Notes under the pieces: generated by a model
What the model was told of the DNA's origin: nothing
The model's input: only the letters and a program-made list of their open reading frames with translations
The model's database searches: none
Assembly (NCBI GenBank): GCA_024650005.2
Contig: CP122380.1
Location: forward strand, 2,016,001 to 2,080,000
From: Candidatus Bathyarchaeum tardum
GTDB lineage: Archaea > Thermoproteota > Bathyarchaeia > Bathyarchaeales > Bathyarchaeaceae
Length of the DNA stretch: 64,000 nucleotides
Direction of reading: 5' to 3'
Made by a program: the position numbers and the translations under genes
Shown here: positions 58,225-64,000 of the stretch, piece by piece
How positions within the stretch are numbered: position 1 is the first letter of the stretch
Layout: each line of letters opens with the position of its first letter

Positions 58225-58346
58225 ACAAGACTAAAATCAAAAATATTGTGATAAATCAGAAAGGTAATATTGTTTTAAATGAGGTCTGCATGTGTTGGTT
58301 TTCTGTTAGGTAATTTCATATATTTTGAGTTCTATTGTTTATTTGA

Positions 58347-58790
58347 TTGACGTTGTCTGATAAAATTGATTGCCCGAAATGTAATTTGGATTTGAAAGCA
58401 AAGTTGGCGTCTGCTGAAGATGATGAAGAGTTTGTTGTTTTGGATATGGAGTCTGTTCAGTGGGAGAAGATGGTTTTAAATTCAGATGGGTTAGTAGTTG
58501 TTGAGTTTTGGCATCAGAGTTGTCCTGCGTGTAAAAAGTTTGCGCCCATTTTTACCAAGGTTGCGTCCGAGTTTGAGGATAAAGTTAGTTTTTTCAAGTT
58601 GGATGTTTTGAAAAATAAGGAAAACATGGCTTTGGCCGTAAAGTATGAAGTTACTAGTACTCCTAGTTTGTTGTTTTTGTGTAAAGGAGAAATCGCCAGT
58701 TTTAAAGAGGAATGGGACGGGTTTGAAAGTGAAAAGGATTTTAAAAATACAATAACTGAGATGTTGCAGGCTTGTTTAAGCATGGTTTAG
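58347..58790 (+). CDS. Thioredoxin family protein
   Basis: VVEFWHQSCPACK, KLDV, TP cis-Pro; extra N-terminal CPKC. Confidence 0.88.
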   Translation: MTLSDKIDCPKCNLDLKAKLASAEDDEEFVVLDMESVQWEKMVLNSDGLVVVEFWHQSCPACKKFAPIFTKVASEFEDKVSFFKLDVLKNKENMALAVKYEVTSTPSLLFLCKGEIASFKEEWDGFESEKDFKNTITEMLQACLSMV

Positions 58791-58825
58791 TTTTTTAGTT
58801 GGTTTGTGGTGTTTTAGTTAGGGGC

Positions 58826-59287
58826 ATGGTTTTGGTTAAAGTCGGGGAAAAGGCTCCAGTTTTTACTTTGGAGTCCCAAAAAGGGGAACTTGTTTCTCTT
58901 TCGGATTTAATTGGCAAGAAAAATATTGTTTTGTTTTTTTATCCCAAGGATAAAAGTAAAGGTTGTACTCGTCAGGCTTGTGAGTTCAGGGACAAGTATG
59001 CAGTTTTCAAGGACAGGGGCGCAGAGGTTATTGGGATTAGTTCTGATGATGTAGCTTCTCATGAGTCCTTTGCTGATGAGTTTCGTTTGCCCTTTATTTT
59101 GTTAAGCGACACTAAAGGTATCGTGCGTAAATTGTACGGTGTAAGCTCTACTTTTGGTTTAATTCCAGGTCGGGTGACTTTTGTTATTGATAAAAAAGGT
59201 ATAGTGCGTCATGTTTTTTCGTCTCAGTTCAGTCCAAAAAAACATATTAAAGAAGCATTAGAGGCTTTAGAAAAATTCAGTAAGTAG
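58826..59287 (+). CDS. bcp: Peroxiredoxin, Bcp/PrxQ type
   Basis: FFYPKD.SKGCTRQAC.FRD, RVTFVID. Confidence 0.93.
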   Translation: MVLVKVGEKAPVFTLESQKGELVSLSDLIGKKNIVLFFYPKDKSKGCTRQACEFRDKYAVFKDRGAEVIGISSDDVASHESFADEFRLPFILLSDTKGIVRKLYGVSSTFGLIPGRVTFVIDKKGIVRHVFSSQFSPKKHIKEALEALEKFSK

Positions 59288-59332
59288 TTTTGAAATTGAT
59301 TGAAATAAAAAAGGGAATAAAAAATGGGTTTG

Positions 59333-59716
59333 TTAGCTTATTTCCTGTTGAAGCAGTCCTATTTCGTTTCCTTCCGGATCTAAAGCAATTGCAAAAGAGC
59401 CAACACCAGAGATTGTTGTTTTTTGTTGGATAATTTTTCCCCCAGATGTTTTGACTTTTTGTATGATTTCATCAACTGATTCTACTGAAATATAGTTAAC
59501 TGGTTTTAATTTCGGGTTTTCTTTAAGAAAAATTCCGCCATTGATTCCCGGCCTAAGAGGCATCCCCTTATCATCAATCGGCACCGTCTGAATAAGCCAA
59601 TAATCCATGGGCATTGGGCTTTTTTCGATTTTCCATCCAAAAATGTTAGAGTAAAATTTTTTTATTTTTTCAACATTTTCAGCTGGAATTTCAAAATGAA
59701 TAACAGTATGATCCAT
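59333..59716 (-). CDS. VOC/glyoxalase family protein
   Basis: HFEIPA....KFY..IFGW, INGG, DPEGN. Confidence 0.92.
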   Translation of the reverse strand: MDHTVIHFEIPAENVEKIKKFYSNIFGWKIEKSPMPMDYWLIQTVPIDDKGMPLRPGINGGIFLKENPKLKPVNYISVESVDEIIQKVKTSGGKIIQQKTTISGVGSFAIALDPEGNEIGLLQQEIS

Positions 59717-59788
59717 GTTTTTCTCTCTTTTCGGTATTTTTTTAGTTAACAATGATAGGTTTGAGTTGAGTGGCCATGTTTGCCGTAA

Positions 59789-60067
59789 CTAGGATTTGCA
59801 AATGTCTGCTTTTTGTTGTTCTTCTATTCCTCTGGTGCAATAATATGCTGTTCTAAAATTCATTTTTGCGTATACCGGACAGGTTCCACATATGCAGCCA
59901 TGTTCGGCTAAGTTCTTGCTTTTTCCATGTGTTGGAAAACAATATGCAATAAAGTCATCATCCTTGCCATAGGCCTTGTATGATGGGCAAGTTTCGCAAA
60001 TACACATGGAATTAACCATTTCTTCTTTCTTTTTCATATCTTCTGGAGATGTTTCTTTAGATTTCAA
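59789..60067 (-). CDS. DUF2769-like Cys-rich protein
   Basis: CICETCPSY...C..GKS...GCICGTCPVY......YYC..G. Confidence 0.8.
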   Translation of the reverse strand: MKSKETSPEDMKKKEEMVNSMCICETCPSYKAYGKDDDFIAYCFPTHGKSKNLAEHGCICGTCPVYAKMNFRTAYYCTRGIEEQQKADICKS

Positions 60068-60238
60068 AATTTAATCCCCCATATAAAATATCAGAGTTTT
60101 AATATAAGAAGTTGACGCCCCAAAGGATTGAAAGTTAAGCAAAAATTGTAAGTTAGCATATTATTTGTTACAATTGCAAAAATCACGTATCAGGTACGTT
60201 GTTTCAGGGGGTAAAAATGCTAAAAAGGGTACGCCATT

Positions 60239-60736
60239 TTATTGGTGGTCATATTCTGCAAAGGTGTTATTAATTATGTCTAATTCAACGCCCGCTAATT
60301 TGAACAATTCAATGGTATCCTTGTCTGCGTGGTACCGTTTTTCACAAACTACCCGTTTGATGCCTGAATTTATTATCATCATAGCGCATGTTCGGCATGG
60401 AGTCATCTTACAATACAATGTAGAGCCATCCAAAGCTATCCCAAATTTTGCTGCTTGGATAATTGCGTTTTGTTCAGCATGTAAAGTTCGAACACAATGT
60501 TGGGAAACAGTTCCGTTTTCGTTTAAAACCCGTCGCATGTCATGACCCGCATCATCACAATGAGGCAATCCTGCAGGGGCTCCAACATATCCGGTGGTCA
60601 TTATTCGTCTGTGTTTTACGATTACGCATCCTGCTTTTCCGCGGTCGCAGGTCGCACGTTTTGAAACAGCTTCGCATAAATCTAAAAAGTATCTGTCCCA
60701 GTCAGGTCGACTACAGTCCATCCTGTGCAACTCCAT
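60239..60736 (-). CDS. dCMP deaminase family protein
   Basis: RPDWD.YF, RATC.R, HAEQNA, PCRTC. Confidence 0.93.
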   Translation of the reverse strand: MELHRMDCSRPDWDRYFLDLCEAVSKRATCDRGKAGCVIVKHRRIMTTGYVGAPAGLPHCDDAGHDMRRVLNENGTVSQHCVRTLHAEQNAIIQAAKFGIALDGSTLYCKMTPCRTCAMMIINSGIKRVVCEKRYHADKDTIELFKLAGVELDIINNTFAEYDHQ

Positions 60737-60888
60737 TTTGATTATACACCTGGCAACTAAAATAAAACTGTTTTTAGCGATTTTGTTTAGAAGCCCAGAT
60801 TTGTTTTGTGGGCAAAATAAAAAGAGAAAAGGGCATCAAAGATGATGTCCTTATGATTTTTCATTTTTCTGGCAGCAGCAGGGAAAGT

Positions 60889-61104
60889 TTAGTTTTTGGT
60901 TTTATTGTCAACGTCTGTTTGTTTGCTGATTTTGTCCAAGTGTTCATGTATTGCATGGAGTTGGTTGTTGATTATTACCAGTTCTCGGTTGGCCATTATT
61001 TGGATTAGTTCTTTGGTTTTTATTCCGGTTTTTTTGGATAGTTCGTTTAGTTGGTTGTAGATTATTTTAAGGGATTCCTGGATGGATTCGTTGTTATCGG
61101 TCAT
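60889..61104 (-). CDS. Small helical hypothetical protein
   Basis: GGAG SD; lies directly after the fibre-like gene. Confidence 0.6.
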   Translation of the reverse strand: MTDNNESIQESLKIIYNQLNELSKKTGIKTKELIQIMANRELVIINNQLHAIHEHLDKISKQTDVDNKTKN

Positions 61105-61121
61105 TTTTGTTTTTCTCCAGT

Positions 61122-64000
61122 TTACGCAGGTATTGCCATCCAATCAAAGTCTACTTCTAAACTTTCAGCGGACAGGTCAGCAGCTTCAGTGTATAGTTGT
61201 TTAAGCGTGTCAGATACGGTGGTCATTGTTCCTCCAGCTTCTACCACACTACCGTTTATGTCTCTGAGTTGTATGCTTCGGGCATAAGGTGCTTTGTTTA
61301 AAAGGTCATGCCCATGGGCAGCATCCTCTTTGGTGTAGCCTCCAACATATGCAAAGGTTTCTCCGATGTTAATTCCGGTGAATGCAGTGTTTCCTCCAAC
61401 AGTTGACAAACTTTGACCTAAAGAAACAGCAGTATACGCCGTGTTGCCCCCAACGGTTGCGAGGCTTTGACCCAACGAAATTGTTGAGAATGCAGTGTTT
61501 CCTCCAACGTAAGATATTGTAGACCCTAACGAGACACCTGTGCTTCCTGTTGTTCCGCTTGCTGAACATGTATGGCTGTGGCTTCCTGCAGATGCATGAG
61601 AATGTGACCCACCCGCGCTTGTTGTCCATCCGCTGACGACGTAGTAAAGGTGTGAATGCCCTGATGTGATTCCAGTTTGGACTCCGGTTCCAGTCATTCC
61701 ATGACTATGGCTGCCCGCACTAGCGTGAGCATGGCTACCATTTGAAGTTGTTCCGCCTGAACCAGAAAAGCCATGGCTATGGCTTCCGTGGCTATGGGTT
61801 AAGTCTACTGCTGCTGCTTGGTTTCCTGCTCCAAACCCGTGTTGATGGTTTCCATGACTGTGAGCAAGATCTACTGCAGCTTGTTCTGCTCCAGATCCAA
61901 AGCCGTGCTGGTGAGTACCATGGTTATGCGCCAAGTCCACTGCTGCTTGTTCTGCCCCTGATCCGAATCCGTGTTGATGGTTTCCATGATTATGAGCCAA
62001 GTCTACTGCTGCTCCGCCGTCGAATCCGTGTTTGTGTTCTCCTGTAGAGTTGTCGATTCCCATAGTCCAATCTACAGTTGCCAAGGCTTGGCCGATTTTG
62101 TGTTTATGGTTTACAGGCAACACTGTTGCTTTTACCGTGAAGCTTGAAGTAGATTTAGAAGTAACATCAAACCTTACTCCCCGACCAGTAGAGTCCCGAG
62201 ACTGAACAAACACCAAAGGCGCAGAATCAAAAGATTCAGCAAAATTTACTGTTCGTTCACCATTCGAATCAGTCGTATTGCTACCCTTTAGGGTACCACT
62301 TGACAAATCCCCGTTTACTTGCAAGTCTCCATCGATGACCACTTTTCGTCCAGTATTAGGAGTAATGGTCAAATCTTCATCTGCACTTAACCCATTAATG
62401 TTGTCAGCAAAAACGTTAGTAGCATCAACCCACTTGAACGGAACATTAGCAGTACCCAAACCCAAACCAGTGTCATTACTAGGATTCTGAGGAACAAGAT
62501 ACACATCAGTATCTGGACCATTATCAAGCGCAATAACAGAAAACACATCATGCTGAGCAGGCATGTCAAGTCGAGCGGCACTCATGGTACCCGCAACATT
62601 CACATCACCAGTAGCAATCAAGTTACCTAAACTCATATGGGCAGGAGTTGTTGTTTTAAAGCTGTCACCTTCTATCTCAAGTTTTCTTAAGTGTAAAGTG
62701 GTATATTCAGGGTCATAACCAAAATTGGACGAATGGGTAAGAATGATTTTTGGAGGATCAAGAGCATCTGCTCTCCCATGACCTAACCATAGTTCACCTT
62801 GATTTGAACCTACAAATCCACCTGCTGAAATGTCTTTTTTGACAACCATTCCTTCGTCAAGGACAAATAATGGATCGTTCGCACTTGCATCACCAGTTAC
62901 AGTCACCAAAAATATGTTGTAATAATGACCAGTGTCGTTATCTTTGAATCTTAAGTGATTTTTGGGGTTGTCAAAGCTTCCAATGTTCCATCGTTTCCTT
63001 CCATCTACATGAGCACCTTGTGAAACTAGATAAGTGCTTGAAAGATCGTAATCCATAGTTAAATTATTGTTAACGGCATCAACAATTGCAATTTTGTTTG
63101 TCTCAGAGGCAGCACTATCTTTTATTGTTACAATATCTCCCACTTCATAGTGACCTGCTTCAACAGATTCAACACTGACTACTTTATGGTCTACACCACC
63201 TTGTGCATCTGCATCTAATTTACTGAAAAGTCTCTTGCCAGGTTTCCAGATGTAAACTCTAGCATTTCTGTCTTCACGATATATGTACCCAATGGTTTCA
63301 GTCATTGTTAGCGTGTTAGCTTGTACATTAATTTCCTGAATTTCCTTTTGCGCAGATTCATCATCATCTTCGATTGTTACAATGTCTCCTACTTCAAAAC
63401 CTGTGACTGAGTTAACATTAATTGTTTGACTAGCAGGTACAGCATTATGTGGCAGATAGGTGATAACCCATCCATAAATGCCTTCAACGATTTCCCAATT
63501 AGTTAAATGTGGAGCACTACTAACAAGCACTGCTTCATTGGTTATGGATGTGTTAATGTATTCTGGTTCTGGACCGATATAATTGTCAGAAATCACAGAA
63601 CAATCGTAGTATGCAGTTACATCTGTAGATTCAGGTAACAGATTTAAAGTGTCAGCAGGGGTGTTAGAAGTTGTAACTGATGGAGTTCCAACTAAAATCC
63701 CATCAACAAAAATTTTTGCGCCATTAGCTGTGTTTTGTTGCCATTTTAGTTCTACACAATACCAAGTGTCAACTGTCGGTGTTGGACCGCCTGTAAACAA
63801 TTCTTCATCAAAATTTTCTGTGTTGTCTAATGTTCTTAATCCCCATTTCATTGTTCCCGAATCATTTGCAATTGTGGCACAAAGCAACGTTCCAGTACCG
63901 TCTGCTTTACCTATATTGAATAACCGAGCCTGATTGCCTCCTGATGGATTAGTTTCCCATCTGACATATACCCTTACCCACACAGTGTCGTTGTCGTCAA
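61122..64000 (-). CDS. Large virus-like tail-fibre/adhesin protein (5' end outside window)
   Basis: Frame open to the window edge; LamG-like segment (WYCVEL...IFVDG), duplicated EVGDIVTI domains, V.F...F...P.V domain hosting many HxH motifs. Confidence 0.75.
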   Translation of the reverse strand, partial: DDNDTVWVRVYVRWETNPSGGNQARLFNIGKADGTGTLLCATIANDSGTMKWGLRTLDNTENFDEELFTGGPTPTVDTWYCVELKWQQNTANGAKIFVDGILVGTPSVTTSNTPADTLNLLPESTDVTAYYDCSVISDNYIGPEPEYINTSITNEAVLVSSAPHLTNWEIVEGIYGWVITYLPHNAVPASQTINVNSVTGFEVGDIVTIEDDDESAQKEIQEINVQANTLTMTETIGYIYREDRNARVYIWKPGKRLFSKLDADAQGGVDHKVVSVESVEAGHYEVGDIVTIKDSAASETNKIAIVDAVNNNLTMDYDLSSTYLVSQGAHVDGRKRWNIGSFDNPKNHLRFKDNDTGHYYNIFLVTVTGDASANDPLFVLDEGMVVKKDISAGGFVGSNQGELWLGHGRADALDPPKIILTHSSNFGYDPEYTTLHLRKLEIEGDSFKTTTPAHMSLGNLIATGDVNVAGTMSAARLDMPAQHDVFSVIALDNGPDTDVYLVPQNPSNDTGLGLGTANVPFKWVDATNVFADNINGLSADEDLTITPNTGRKVVIDGDLQVNGDLSSGTLKGSNTTDSNGERTVNFAESFDSAPLVFVQSRDSTGRGVRFDVTSKSTSSFTVKATVLPVNHKHKIGQALATVDWTMGIDNSTGEHKHGFDGGAAVDLAHNHGNHQHGFGSGAEQAAVDLAHNHGTHQHGFGSGAEQAAVDLAHSHGNHQHGFGAGNQAAAVDLTHSHGSHSHGFSGSGGTTSNGSHAHASAGSHSHGMTGTGVQTGITSGHSHLYYVVSGWTTSAGGSHSHASAGSHSHTCSASGTTGSTGVSLGSTISYVGGNTAFSTISLGQSLATVGGNTAYTAVSLGQSLSTVGGNTAFTGINIGETFAYVGGYTKEDAAHGHDLLNKAPYARSIQLRDINGSVVEAGGTMTTVSDTLKQLYTEAADLSAESLEVDFDWMAIPA
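61330..62040 (-). repeat. Intragenic repeats: four 22-aa His-rich units and about four 18-aa units
   Basis: AAVDL(A/T)H(N/S)HG.H.HGF units (66-nt period) and VGGNTA....LG....-type units (54-nt period). Confidence 0.85.

Noticed and set aside
60829-60853. AAGGGCATCA-AAGA-TGATGTCCTT hairpin as a proviral attachment site
   Set aside because: Equally explained as a terminator; no partner site visible in the window
61330-62040. Periodic DNA repeats as a CRISPR array or DGR
   Set aside because: Repeats are in-frame with synonymous variation and no unique spacers; no cas or reverse transcriptase gene is seen
1-64000. Numerous 60-170 aa ORFs antisense to or nested in identified genes (e.g. 3119-3580, 5965-6435, 35069-35551)
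   Set aside because: Shadow ORFs of well-supported genes with no motifs of their own

Overview
Archaeal chromosomal window, mostly housekeeping: uS10, archease, TET peptidase, Top6A/B, RIO1, aIF2-beta, RpiA, two PurP paralogs, UppS, YchF, TrxB, AOR and the HMG-CoA synthase locus. Gene content and style suggest a Bathyarchaeia-like TACK archaeon (inference). Three tRNAs are present: Ser(TGA), Ile2(CAT) and a Tyr(GTA) split by two introns around a 7-nt middle exon. Points worth a second look: (1) an AT-rich two-gene islet behind tRNA-Ser encoding a C39-like cysteine peptidase and an unknown 312-aa protein; (2) a stand-alone ~85-nt hairpin RNA candidate at 41195-41277 with a 20-bp G-U-containing stem, a TATA-like box and a U-tract; (3) a dispersed ~25-40 bp intergenic repeat family, including one MITE-like inverted pair; (4) a DUF35-HMG-CoA synthase fusion next to a thiolase lacking its catalytic Cys and His; (5) an AOR with eroded active-site motifs; (6) a short DprA/SLOG gene followed by a truncated partner; (7) the 3' part of a large virus-like tail-fibre gene with a symmetric His-rich needle at the right edge. 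No CRISPR array, rRNA, integrase or transposase was seen. All calls come from motif reading by eye; no database searches were run.
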